Program-made: the position numbers and the translations under genes
Notes under the pieces: model-generated
Database searches by the model: none
Told to the model about the DNA's origin: nothing
The model's input: the letters and a program-made list of their open reading frames with translations, nothing else
Origin: Candidatus Pyrohabitans jungbluthii
Lineage (GTDB): Archaea; Hydrothermarchaeota; Hydrothermarchaeia; Hydrothermarchaeales; BMS3B
Reading direction: 5' to 3'
DNA: 64,000 nucleotides
Assembly (NCBI GenBank): GCA_002010065.2
Contig: MTMD02000015.1
Coordinates: 1-64,000 of the forward strand
In this document: positions 37,804 to 47,104 of the stretch, one piece after another
Layout of the letters: every line of letters starts with the position of its first letter
How positions within the stretch are numbered: the stretch's first letter is position 1

Positions 37804-37902
37804 AACTGCGGTTTGTGAGAAGGAACCCGCAGGTGGTTCCTATCTCCGGACACGTCTTCTTCCACAGGGGGGTAGAGGGGGGACGGAGTCCCCCTCTCTC
37901 GG
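37804..37902. repeat. Intergenic hairpin patch (REP-like)
   Basis: AGGAACCCGCAGGTGGTTCCT (related to 15180-15197) and a G/C hairpin AGAGGGGGGAC-GGA-GTCCCCCTCTCT. Confidence 0.5.
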
Positions 37903-37941
37903 CAAGAATATTTATAGGGTTAACAATATAAGATTTCTTGC

Positions 37942-38295
37942 ATGGGAGGCAAGAATGTTACTCTGGAGGATTTTGAGAAGCTTGACCTTCGCGTGGGCGT
38001 GGTAAAGGCAGCGGAGGAGATTAAGGGTTCTGAGAAGCTTCTGAAGCTCCTCGTGGATATAGGTGAAGTTACCCGGGGCACCGCTCCGGGTGACGGAGAG
38101 CGCCAGCTGGTCGCTGGCATAAAGAAGTGGTATTCGCCCGAGCAGCTGGTGGGGAAGCGCATAGTGGTGCTGGCAAATTTGAAGCCAGCCAAGCTCTTCG
38201 GCGTGCTGAGCCAGGGCATGCTGCTCGCAGCGCAGGATGAGCAGGGCGTGGCTCTGCTCATCGCCGAGGGGGAGCCCGGGGAAAGGGTGCGCTGA
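37942..38295 (+). CDS. Stand-alone tRNA-binding OB-fold protein (Trbp111/CsaA/MetRS C-terminal-like)
   Basis: DFEKLDLRVG, RQLVAGI..Y..EQLVGK, NLKPAKLFGVLSQGMLLAA. Confidence 0.9.
   Translation: MGGKNVTLEDFEKLDLRVGVVKAAEEIKGSEKLLKLLVDIGEVTRGTAPGDGERQLVAGIKKWYSPEQLVGKRIVVLANLKPAKLFGVLSQGMLLAAQDEQGVALLIAEGEPGERVR
38068..38094. repeat. 27-bp palindromic element inserted in-frame (VTRGTAPGD)
   Basis: GTTACCCGG-GGCACCGCT-CCGGGTGAC; removing it restores the typical VDIGE-GERQLVAG loop. Confidence 0.7.
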
Positions 38296-38296
38296 G

Positions 38297-40387
38297 ATGC
38301 GCGTAAAGAAGATTCGCAAGCGCGATGGCCGCGTTGAGGATTTCAACCCTGAGAAGATACGGAACGCTATTTTAAAAGCCTTTATCGCCACCGGAGAAGG
38401 CAACGGTAGCGTTGCCGGCGAAGTGGCGAGAGAGGTTGTCGCCCGCGTGGAGGAGCGTTTTGCGGGGCGCATTCCCGGCGTGGAGGATGTTCAGGACATA
38501 GTGGAAGAGACGCTTATCAAGCGGGGCTACGCCAAGGTGGCGAAGGCGTACATCCTATACAGAAAGCAGCGGGAGGAGATTCGCGCAGCCAAGAGTTTCA
38601 TCGGTGTGCGTGATGATTTAAAGCTGAGTGTTAATGCCACGCAGGTGCTGCAGAAGCGCTACCTGCTCAAGAACGATAAGGGCGAGGTTATAGAGACTCC
38701 AGCTCAGATGTTTCGCAGGGTGGCGAAGGCGATAGCAAAGCCTGAGAAGCGCTATGGCGGCGATGTTAAGCGTGCCGAGGAGCGCTTCTACTCGGCGATG
38801 GTTCGCCTGGATTTTCTTCCAAACTCGCCCACGCTGATGAACGCCGGAACGAAGCTGGGGCAGCTCAGCGCGTGTTTCGTCCTGCCCGTGGAGGATAGTC
38901 TTGAGAGCATCTTCGACGCTTTAAAGCACATGGCGCTGGTGCAGCAGAGCGGAGGTGGCACTGGCTTTAGCTTCTCAAAGCTCCGCCCTAAGGGCGACAT
39001 AGTGCGCTCCACAAAGGGCGTCGCTTCTGGGCCGGTGTCCTTCATACGCATCTTCGACGTCACGACGGACGTCATAAAGCAGGGGGGCAAACGCAGAGGA
39101 GCAAACATGGGCATTCTCAGAGTGGATCACCCGGATATAATAGAGTTCATTACAGTCAAGCAGCAGGAGGGTGTACTTGAGAACTTTAACATAAGCGTTG
39201 GCATTACCGACGCTTTCATGGAGGCTGTGCGTAAAGATGAGGAGTATCCGCTGGTGAACCCCCGGAATAAAGAGGTTGTCCGCCACATGCGTGCTCGCGA
39301 TGTGTTCGACATGATTGTAACCGCTGCCTGGCGCACAGGCGATCCCGGCTTGGTTTTCTTAGATGAGGTGAACCGCCACAATCCCACGCCGGCGCTTGGT
39401 GATATAGAGAGCACAAACCCTTGTGGGGAGGTACCTCTCCTGCCTTACGAGTCCTGCAATCTTGGCTCAATTAACCTCTCCCACTTTGTTTCTCGTGGAG
39501 AAGTGGACTGGGAGCGCCTGCGCAAGGCGGTTCGCCTGGGCGTGCACTTCCTGGACAATGTTATAGACGCCAACCGCTACCCCCTGCGCGCGATTGAGCG
39601 CATGACGAAGGGGAATCGGAAAATCGGCTTGGGGGTAATGGGCTTCGCTGAGATGCTCATAAAGCTGGGGATGCGCTACGATACCAAAGAGGCGGTGAGC
39701 TTTGCTGAGAAGCTGATGAGCTTCATTCAGCACGAGGCGAAGCAAAAATCTCGGGAGTTAGCGGAAGAGCGGGGCTCCTTCCCCAACATAGACAAGAGCA
39801 TCTACGCTGGCGAAGCCATGCGCAACGCCACTGTAACAACGATTGCTCCCACGGGAACAATAAGCATAATAGCCGGCACCAGCTCCGGGATAGAGCCGCT
39901 CTTCGCAATATCCTTCATCCGCAACGTTATGGAGGGCACAAAGCTGCTGGAGGTCAATCCCCTCTTCGAGCGCATCGCTCGCGAGAGAGGCTTCTATTCC
40001 ACGGCGCTCATGATGAAAATTGCAAAGACCGGCTCAATTCAGGATATGAAGGAGGTGCCCCGCGATGTTCGCGAACTCTTCGTCACAGCTATGGATATAG
40101 CACCGGAGTGGCATGTGCGCATGCAGGCGGCGTTCCAACGCCACGTGGACAACGCCGTATCTAAGACCATAAACCTGCCTCACGATGCCAGCTTGGAGGA
40201 CGTGCGCCGTGCCTTCTGGTTGGCGTACGAGCTGAAGTGCAAGGGCATAACCGTCTACCGCTATGGAAGCAAGCGGGAGCAGGTGCTCTACATAGGCTCA
40301 ATCCTGAAGAAGGAGACGGGCGAGGAGCACATAAGCGCAGACGCGGAGTATTCGGGGGGCTGTCCCACGAGGGAATGCATAGTGTGA
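38297..40387 (+). CDS. nrdJ: Class II (adenosylcobalamin-dependent) ribonucleotide reductase with ATP cone
   Basis: KRDGR ATP cone, PNSPTLMNAG, QLSACFV, TNPCGE, TIAPTGT, C-terminal CPTREC; no intein. Confidence 0.95.
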   Translation: MRVKKIRKRDGRVEDFNPEKIRNAILKAFIATGEGNGSVAGEVAREVVARVEERFAGRIPGVEDVQDIVEETLIKRGYAKVAKAYILYRKQREEIRAAKSFIGVRDDLKLSVNATQVLQKRYLLKNDKGEVIETPAQMFRRVAKAIAKPEKRYGGDVKRAEERFYSAMVRLDFLPNSPTLMNAGTKLGQLSACFVLPVEDSLESIFDALKHMALVQQSGGGTGFSFSKLRPKGDIVRSTKGVASGPVSFIRIFDVTTDVIKQGGKRRGANMGILRVDHPDIIEFITVKQQEGVLENFNISVGITDAFMEAVRKDEEYPLVNPRNKEVVRHMRARDVFDMIVTAAWRTGDPGLVFLDEVNRHNPTPALGDIESTNPCGEVPLLPYESCNLGSINLSHFVSRGEVDWERLRKAVRLGVHFLDNVIDANRYPLRAIERMTKGNRKIGLGVMGFAEMLIKLGMRYDTKEAVSFAEKLMSFIQHEAKQKSRELAEERGSFPNIDKSIYAGEAMRNATVTTIAPTGTISIIAGTSSGIEPLFAISFIRNVMEGTKLLEVNPLFERIARERGFYSTALMMKIAKTGSIQDMKEVPRDVRELFVTAMDIAPEWHVRMQAAFQRHVDNAVSKTINLPHDASLEDVRRAFWLAYELKCKGITVYRYGSKREQVLYIGSILKKETGEEHISADAEYSGGCPTRECIV

Positions 40388-40392
40388 TTCCC

Positions 40393-40914
40393 ATGCGCCG
40401 TGGCTTGGTCTACCTGTACACCGGCGAGGGGGAGGGAAAGACCACCAACGCAATAGGCTTGGCGGTTCGCGCTGTGGGGCAGGGCTTCAAGGCTATAGTG
40501 GTGCAGTTCCTCAAGGGAAACCCCGATATCGGCGAGTACAAGGTGCAGAAAAAGCTTGCTCCGCTCTACGAGGTCCACCAGTTCGGGAGCAGGCACTACA
40601 TCGACCTTCTCCACCCTCGTGCCGAGGATAAGGAGCACGCCAGGCGGGCGCTGGAATTTGCGAAGCGCGCAATGGAGCAGAAGCCACGTATCTTGGTGTT
40701 GGATGAGGTCAACCTCGCCGTCGCCTTTGGGCTTGTACCAAAGGAAGAAGTTCTTGAACTCATGGAGCGCGTGCCGCCAGAAACTGTACTGGTGCTTACA
40801 GGTAGGCGCGCACCCAAGGAATTCATAGAGCGCGCAGACCTGGTTACTGAGATGAGGCTGGTCAAACACCCCTACCAGCGGGGAGTTATCGGCAGGCGTG
40901 GCGTAGAGTACTAA
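40393..40914 (+). CDS. cobO: Cob(I)alamin adenosyltransferase (CobO/BtuR)
   Basis: YTGEGEGKTT.A.G.A.RA.G, VQFLKG, VLDE, LTGR, KHPY..G..RRGVEY. Confidence 0.92.
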   Translation: MRRGLVYLYTGEGEGKTTNAIGLAVRAVGQGFKAIVVQFLKGNPDIGEYKVQKKLAPLYEVHQFGSRHYIDLLHPRAEDKEHARRALEFAKRAMEQKPRILVLDEVNLAVAFGLVPKEEVLELMERVPPETVLVLTGRRAPKEFIERADLVTEMRLVKHPYQRGVIGRRGVEY

Positions 40915-41540
40915 AGCAGCTTCTCGTACTTCTCCACCTTCTTCATCAGGTCTTCTCTTTCCAGCTCAAGTTTGCCTATCCTCTCCTTTAGCATGAAAAT
41001 TTCCTTTTCCTGCTCCTCCAGCTTTTTATCCTTCTTCTCCAGCTCCTTCTCCTTCTCCGCCAGATACCTCGTTAGAGTTTTCACCTCCGCCTCAAGCTCC
41101 GCGCTTTTACGCACAGCTTCGCGCAGCTCCCGCTCCTTTTCAAGCAGCAGCACCTTCTTCTCCTCTATATCTTCGCGATACCCCTCCACCTTTGCCTTAA
41201 AAGCAGCCCTCTCATTGGTAAGCTCAAGAATAATCTGCTCCTTCTCTTCCAGCTCCTTCTTAAGCCCTTCAAGCTCACTTTCCAGCTTCTCAAGCTGATT
41301 GTTCTTCTCTTTGAGCATTACCTTCAGCGCTTTTATCTCGCTCTCTGCCTTTTCGTAAAGCTCCTTAAGCTCGTCCCTCTCCTTCCTGTACTCCTCCAGC
41401 TGTGTTCTCTCCCCCTCCAGCTCCTGAAGCAGCTGCTCCTTCTCCTTTAGCTGCTTCAGCAGCGACTCTTCATGCTGCTTCAGCTTATTTATTTTGTCCT
41501 CGTAAAACTCTTTTTCCGTCGCATGCATAATGTTACGCAT
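40911..41540 (-). CDS. Coiled-coil hypothetical protein
   Basis: Continuous E/K/L heptads; starts just downstream of tRNA-Phe. Confidence 0.7.
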   Translation of the reverse strand: MRNIMHATEKEFYEDKINKLKQHEESLLKQLKEKEQLLQELEGERTQLEEYRKERDELKELYEKAESEIKALKVMLKEKNNQLEKLESELEGLKKELEEKEQIILELTNERAAFKAKVEGYREDIEEKKVLLLEKERELREAVRKSAELEAEVKTLTRYLAEKEKELEKKDKKLEEQEKEIFMLKERIGKLELEREDLMKKVEKYEKLL

Positions 41541-41550
41541 CCTTTAAAAG

Positions 41551-41624
41551 TGGAGTGGGGGAGATTTGAACTCCCGACCACTCGATCTTCAGTCGAGCGC
41601 TCTCCCAGGCTGAGCTACCACTCC
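41551..41624 (-). tRNA. tRNA-Phe(GAA)
   Basis: GGAGTGG/CCACTCC acceptor stem, CTCGA-CTGAAGA-TCGAG anticodon arm, TTCAAAT T-loop; no intron, CCA not encoded. Confidence 0.96.
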
Positions 41625-41773
41625 TAAGTATTATCATAATCTGAGCACGAACTTAAATATTTTACTCCGCTCTGTATTTTTAACATCATAAATCAGGTAT
41701 AACCCACAACGCCAGTTAAATACCCCGCAAGTTATTTATAGCTTCCGGCATAAAATCTGTTGGAGGGTGTGAT

Positions 41774-42985
41774 ATGAGAGGTAGATTAATCTTATTAACG
41801 TTCTGGATGCTTTTTATTCCCTTCACTTTCGCAGATAATGTTGATTTCTACATAATGAAGGTCTCTCCCGAAGAGGTTGCCCCAGGCGAAACCACAACGC
41901 TGAACATAACAATTGCCAACTTGGGCATAGATTATGCCGCATATGTGCATGCAATTCTCGACCCAGACTCGGTATCACCCCTCTCGGTGCTCGGGGCTAA
42001 GAAGATCTACGTAACAAAGTACGCGGCGGAGGGACAGCCAACCAAGTACTTCGGAGTTATACTCCAGAATGAAAGATTCACAGTGAGATACCGAGTACAC
42101 GTGGATAAAGACACGGCATTTGGCACTTATACTGTACCTCTCAAGCTGGTCTGGCGGGATGCGTACAATAACGTGCAGAGCGAGAACCTCGAGTTCGGGC
42201 TGAAGGTGGCTGGCGATCCCGAGATTGTTATTGCGGGGGTTAATAAGACCCCTGCGAGGATATATCCCGATACCGAGTTTACACTGGTGCTTGCTTTTGA
42301 GAATATAGGCACGGCAAAGGCGGAGAATGTTAAGGTGGAGCTTTCTCTGCCTCCTGGGATAACCGGCGAGAGGGTTGCATTTCTGGGCACCCTTGAAAGG
42401 GGCAGGCAAGCGGCTGCAACCTTCTCTTTGAAGGCTGAAAAGGAGGCTGAGGCGGGAGCCAAAAAGATAGGAGTAAAGTTGAGCTATACCACTGAGGAGA
42501 ACGCACAGGAACAACTCGATAAAGAGGTGGAGATCTTCATCTACGAGAAGGAACCCGCCAACTTAGAGGTTGCAGGCTTGGACACTTCTCCGGCGAAGCT
42601 CACGCCGGGTGCTGCATTTACCCTCTCCATCCAGCTTGAGAACATAGGCAAGCAGGATGCGAAGGCTGTTAAGGTTGAGCTTGCATTGCCTGAAACTTTC
42701 TCTGGCGGGCAGACCTCCTACTTGGGCACGATAAAGCAGGACGACACCTCTACTGCGATCTTTGACCTAGAGGTTTCACCCCTCGCCGAGCCGGAGAGCT
42801 ACCGCCTGCCGGTAAAGATTTACTATCTCGACGAAAAGGGTGAGCTTCACGAAGAGGAGAAGGAGATCGCAATAATCATAACCAGCCCCGAAAAGCGTCT
42901 GCCACTGGGATTGCTCGGTGGAGTTGGAATACTGCTAATTATTGCCCTCGCCTGGTGGCGCAGGCGGAGAAACGCCCAGCTCTAG
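41774..42985 (+). CDS. COG1361-type secreted Ig-like/S-layer domain protein with C-terminal anchor
   Basis: Signal peptide, repeated L.LENIG...A..VKVEL units, TM + RRRR; precedes the ABC exporter. Confidence 0.82.
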   Translation: MRGRLILLTFWMLFIPFTFADNVDFYIMKVSPEEVAPGETTTLNITIANLGIDYAAYVHAILDPDSVSPLSVLGAKKIYVTKYAAEGQPTKYFGVILQNERFTVRYRVHVDKDTAFGTYTVPLKLVWRDAYNNVQSENLEFGLKVAGDPEIVIAGVNKTPARIYPDTEFTLVLAFENIGTAKAENVKVELSLPPGITGERVAFLGTLERGRQAAATFSLKAEKEAEAGAKKIGVKLSYTTEENAQEQLDKEVEIFIYEKEPANLEVAGLDTSPAKLTPGAAFTLSIQLENIGKQDAKAVKVELALPETFSGGQTSYLGTIKQDDTSTAIFDLEVSPLAEPESYRLPVKIYYLDEKGELHEEEKEIAIIITSPEKRLPLGLLGGVGILLIIALAWWRRRRNAQL

Positions 42986-42995
42986 GGGGCGTGAA

Positions 42996-43682
42996 ATGGT
43001 AATTAAGCTTGAGAATGTGGTTAAGATATACCGCCTGGGCAAGGTTGAGGTACCCGCGCTGAGGGGGATAAACCTGGAGATACCCCGTGGGGAATACGCC
43101 TCCCTCATGGGGCCTTCCGGCTCTGGAAAGAGCACCCTGATGAACCTGATAGGCGCCTTAGACAGGCCGACCAGCGGGAAGGTTTACATCGATGGCACAG
43201 ACATAGCAAGGTTGAACGACGACCAGCTGGCGCTGCTCAGAAGGAAAAAGATAGGCTTCGTCTTCCAGCAGTTCAACCTCATAAACAAGCTCACAGCGCT
43301 GGAGAATGTGGCTCTGCCAATGTGGTTCTCAGGCATCAGCAGGAGCAGGAGGATGCGCCGGGCGAAGGAGCTGCTTGAGCTTGTGGGGCTTGGAGGGAGG
43401 CTGCACCATAAGCCATCGGAACTAAGCGGGGGAGAAAGGCAGCGTGTAGCCATCGCCCGAGCTTTGGCCAACGACCCGGAGATAATCCTTGCAGACGAGC
43501 CTACAGGCAACCTAGACACAGTCTCAGGCCTGGCGGTTATTGAGCTTCTGGAAGAGCTGAACAAGCTTGGGAAAACTCTTGTGGTGGTGACCCATGACGT
43601 GGAGTTTGGGAAGCGTGCGAGGATGAGGGTGAAGCTCAGAGACGGGATGATTCAGGATATAGAAGGGATTAACCATGCTTGA
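42996..43682 (+). CDS. ABC transporter ATP-binding protein (LolD/MacB type)
   Basis: GPSGSGKS, FQQFNL, LSGGERQR, ADEPTGNLD. Confidence 0.94.
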   Translation: MVIKLENVVKIYRLGKVEVPALRGINLEIPRGEYASLMGPSGSGKSTLMNLIGALDRPTSGKVYIDGTDIARLNDDQLALLRRKKIGFVFQQFNLINKLTALENVALPMWFSGISRSRRMRRAKELLELVGLGGRLHHKPSELSGGERQRVAIARALANDPEIILADEPTGNLDTVSGLAVIELLEELNKLGKTLVVVTHDVEFGKRARMRVKLRDGMIQDIEGINHA

Positions 43683-44862
43683 TTACCTTAGCTTCTCAGT
43701 CAAAAATCTCAGTCACCACAAGGTGAGAAGCTTTCTCACACTGCTTGGGGTTATTATTGGAATAATGGCAGTTGTGTCTATGATTTCCATAGGCTCAGGG
43801 ATGAAGGCATCGCTTAAGGAGCAGCTGGAGCAGCTGGGTAGCGATAAGATTTTTATCATTCCCAGGTTAGCCTATGGTACGGCCGCGACCACGCTAACCG
43901 ACGAGGATGCCGACGCGATAGAGCGCGTCGCAGGCGTAGCTTTCGTCTCACCCCTCTACAGCGTCGCAGGCGATGTTGGCTTTCGCAATGAACGCAAGAT
44001 TGTCAAGATATACGGGATTGACCCTGAGAAGGCAGAGGCCACCTTTGGCGGTGGGGCAAGTGGCTACCGCCTGCTAAAGGGGAGGTGGCTTCAGCGGGGG
44101 GACAGGTACAAAGTGGTTATAGGCTATGGCGTCGCCAGCGATGTTTTTTCCAGAGATGTGAATGTGGGCAATACCCTAAAGATTCACGGCGTGAACTTTG
44201 ACGTGGTGGGCGTATTCAAGAAGACTGGCGACCGCGAGAAGGACTATACCATCTACACCAACCTAGACACCATCCGGGAAATCTTCGGCGCCGGAGATAA
44301 GGTTACAATGATAATAGCGAGGATAGATAAGGGTGCAGATATAGACCAGGTGAGGCTGAGGGTAGAGAGGCGCCTGGAGAAAAGGAAGGGTTCAAAGGAG
44401 AACTTCTTTGTTATGACGCAGAAGGAGATTATTGAGCGCGTTGGCGAGGCATACCGCGTTGTGCAGGTGGTGTTTGGCGGCTTGGCTGCGGTTTCGCTTA
44501 TCGTCGGGGCAATAGGCATAGCGAATACCATGATTATGAATGTTACGGAGCGCACCCGGGAAATCGGCATACTCAAGGCTACAGGGGCGAGCAATGCCCA
44601 AGTTATGAAGATTTTTCTGACGGACGCGGCGATTCTGGGCTTGGTTGGCGGGGGTATAGGTGTAGCTCTGGGGTACCTCATTTCACTGGCGATTAACACA
44701 GCGGCGGCACGCTATCTTGGTGAAGGAGTGCTAACCACTTCGGTCTCATTTGAGCTTGTGCTTTTCGCGCTAACCTTCTCCCTTGTTATAGGCGTGGCCG
44801 CGGGTTTATATCCCGCTTACCGTGCGCTTAGGCTTAATCCGGTGGAGGCGCTCCGGGCATGA
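43675..44862 (+). CDS. ABC permease (MacB/FtsX type)
   Basis: RSFLTLLGVIIG, ERTREIGILKATGA, PAYRA..LNPVEALR. Confidence 0.92.
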   Translation: MLDYLSFSVKNLSHHKVRSFLTLLGVIIGIMAVVSMISIGSGMKASLKEQLEQLGSDKIFIIPRLAYGTAATTLTDEDADAIERVAGVAFVSPLYSVAGDVGFRNERKIVKIYGIDPEKAEATFGGGASGYRLLKGRWLQRGDRYKVVIGYGVASDVFSRDVNVGNTLKIHGVNFDVVGVFKKTGDREKDYTIYTNLDTIREIFGAGDKVTMIIARIDKGADIDQVRLRVERRLEKRKGSKENFFVMTQKEIIERVGEAYRVVQVVFGGLAAVSLIVGAIGIANTMIMNVTERTREIGILKATGASNAQVMKIFLTDAAILGLVGGGIGVALGYLISLAINTAAARYLGEGVLTTSVSFELVLFALTFSLVIGVAAGLYPAYRALRLNPVEALRA

Positions 44863-46046
44863 TTGAGGAGCTGAGCTATGCGATTAAGAACATGCAATCT
44901 GCTAAGCTGCGAACCTTTCTAACGGTGCTGGGCATAGTTATAGGCATCGCCATAATCGTGGCAATGGTCTCCATCGGCGAGGGGATGCGCGCCAGCATAA
45001 CTGAGCAACTCGACGCGCTGGGTGGAGATAAGATAATGATAACTCCGCCACAGGCTTTTGCAGCTAGAGGTGCGCCCATGGAGTTCAAACCCTTCGACCA
45101 GGCAGATTTGCGTGCAGTTAAAAGCCTGCCCAATGTGAAGGACGTGCTCCCCATCTTCTACCGCCCGGGCACAATTGAGTACAGGGGGGAGAAGAAGGAG
45201 ATATATGTTATGGGGGTGGAGAGGAAGGGCGCAGACTACTTCAGGCAATTTTACAGCATCCGAGAGGGCAGATATTCTAACGACAACGAGCTGAAAAGTG
45301 TTAACCTGGGCTACCGCGTGGCTGAGAAGTTTTTTGACAAAAAGATACACGTTGGAGAGAGTGTGAAGATAAATCAGCGCCGCTTTGAGGTTGTGGGCAT
45401 CTTTGAGGAAATTGGCAACGCAGAGGACGATTCCAGCGTATACATGCCCCTAAAGGCTGCGCAGGATCTCTACGACGCTGGCGGTGAGATAACAATGCTG
45501 TGGGTTATCGCAGAGAATGAGAATGTGGTGAAAACCCTTGCAAAGAAGATAGAGCGCACGCTTGAGAAGCGGCGCGGGGGTAAGGACTTCGAGGTTTTTA
45601 CTACAGAGCAGCTTGCGGAGCAGATCGCCACGGTGATAACAATAATAACCTTCGTGCTCGGCGGAATAGCGAGCATCTCAATAATCGTGGGTGGAGTTAT
45701 AATAATGAACACCATGCTTACGTCGGTGCTCGAGCGCACCCGTGAAATAGGGGTGATGAAGGCAATTGGTGCCACCGATGGGATGGTTCTAAGGATTTTC
45801 CTTGTGGAGTCAGCGCTTATCGGCGCGCTCGGGGGCAGCATCGGCTTAGCCCTGGGGGCAGTTATTTCCAAGGCTATTGAGTTTGTGGGGCAGGCATACA
45901 TAGGCTCGAGCTTCATAACAGTCATCAACCGGGAGCTTGTGCTTGGCGCGCTCGGGTTTTCCCTTCTAGTGGGAGTGCTCTCTGGCGTTTACCCTGCGTA
46001 CAAGGCGGCTAAGCTCGACCCGATAGAGGCGCTGAGATACGAGTAG
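44859..46046 (+). CDS. ABC permease (MacB/FtsX type), second paralog
   Basis: RTFLTVLGIVIG, ERTREIGVMKAIGA, PAYKAAKLDPIEALRYE. Confidence 0.92.
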   Translation: MIEELSYAIKNMQSAKLRTFLTVLGIVIGIAIIVAMVSIGEGMRASITEQLDALGGDKIMITPPQAFAARGAPMEFKPFDQADLRAVKSLPNVKDVLPIFYRPGTIEYRGEKKEIYVMGVERKGADYFRQFYSIREGRYSNDNELKSVNLGYRVAEKFFDKKIHVGESVKINQRRFEVVGIFEEIGNAEDDSSVYMPLKAAQDLYDAGGEITMLWVIAENENVVKTLAKKIERTLEKRRGGKDFEVFTTEQLAEQIATVITIITFVLGGIASISIIVGGVIIMNTMLTSVLERTREIGVMKAIGATDGMVLRIFLVESALIGALGGSIGLALGAVISKAIEFVGQAYIGSSFITVINRELVLGALGFSLLVGVLSGVYPAYKAAKLDPIEALRYE

Positions 46047-46190
46047 CCAGGGGAGGGGAATACCCCCCACTCCTTTGGTATACCTCTCCCCCGACGGGGA
46101 TATGAAGGAGAATACGATGGAAACATGGGGGTATTGAAGCGAAGCGGAAATACCGCAATATGACGATCAAACCGTCTGCGGTTTGCGCAG
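46047..46190. repeat. Intergenic cluster of short hairpins
   Basis: GGGG-AATA-CCCC, TCCCC..GGGGA, GCGG-AAATA-CCGC, CAAACCG-TCTG-CGGTTTG. Confidence 0.4.
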
Positions 46191-46227
46191 AGCAAAATTC
46201 TTAAGCGAGGAGAGCGATGCCTAAGCC

Positions 46228-47079
46228 ATGCTCCGAAAGCTCAGGATTATCCTGGAGATGATAAAGATAGAGCACACTCTCTTTGCCATGCCCTTCCTGT
46301 ACTCCGGTGCTATCTTGGCTGCGCAGGGTTTGCCTGACGCTTGGACGCTCTTCTGGATAACTTTGGGCTTGTTCTCAGCGCGCACGGCTGCAATGTGCTT
46401 GAACCGCTTAATAGATCGCGAGATAGACGCAAAGAATCCCAGGACGGCGGACAGAGCTTTACCTCAGGGATTGGTCTCACCGCGGGAGGTCTGGGCTATC
46501 GTGGCTATTTCTCTAGCTCTGCTCCTCCTCGCGGCGGCGATGCTCAACCCGCTATGTGTCAAGCTTTACCCCCTCGCCGTTGCCATAATCTGGGGTTATC
46601 CGTATATGAAGCGCTTCACCTGGCTAAGCCACCTTGTTCTCGGCTCGGCGCTTGCGATTGCTCCCTTCGGAGCATGGGTGGCAGTGCGCGCAAGCATAGA
46701 CCTTCCTGCGCTTCTTCTCGCGGCGGCGGTAATCTTCTGGGTGGCTGGTTTCGACATAATCTATGCCACGCAGGATGTGGAATTTGACCGTCGCGAAGGG
46801 CTCTTCTCAATTCCAGCGCGGTTCGGCATAGCAAATGCGCTAAAAATCTCCACGCTTTTCCACGGGGCTACACTTTTATTCTTGCTCCTTCTCTACTTCT
46901 TCTCCCCCCTCGGTAGGATTTACCTTTTCGGGTTTGTGATAATGTCCGCGCTTCTCGCCTACGAGCATGCGATAGTAAAACCAGAGAATCTGAAAAAGGT
47001 GGGTGTCGCCTTCTTCAATATAAATGTGCTCTTTAGCATTTGCCTCTTTACTTTCATAACCCTCGACGTTTTCATATAG
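46228..47079 (+). CDS. UbiA-family prenyltransferase (MqnP-like, futalosine menaquinone route)
   Basis: IKIEHTLFAMPF, NRLIDREIDAKNPRT..R, GFDIIYATQD..FDR. Confidence 0.88.
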   Translation: MLRKLRIILEMIKIEHTLFAMPFLYSGAILAAQGLPDAWTLFWITLGLFSARTAAMCLNRLIDREIDAKNPRTADRALPQGLVSPREVWAIVAISLALLLLAAAMLNPLCVKLYPLAVAIIWGYPYMKRFTWLSHLVLGSALAIAPFGAWVAVRASIDLPALLLAAAVIFWVAGFDIIYATQDVEFDRREGLFSIPARFGIANALKISTLFHGATLLFLLLLYFFSPLGRIYLFGFVIMSALLAYEHAIVKPENLKKVGVAFFNINVLFSICLFTFITLDVFI

Positions 47080-47104
47080 ACGTTACCCTCGCCCCACTTA
47101 TAAA

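Noticed and set aside
38297-40387. Intein in NrdJ
   Set aside because: Length and motif spacing are those of an uninterrupted enzyme.
41551-41624. tRNA-Phe or tRNA-Lys as integration sites or intron carriers
   Set aside because: No duplicated tRNA 3' ends were found in the window, and both anticodon loops are uninterrupted.
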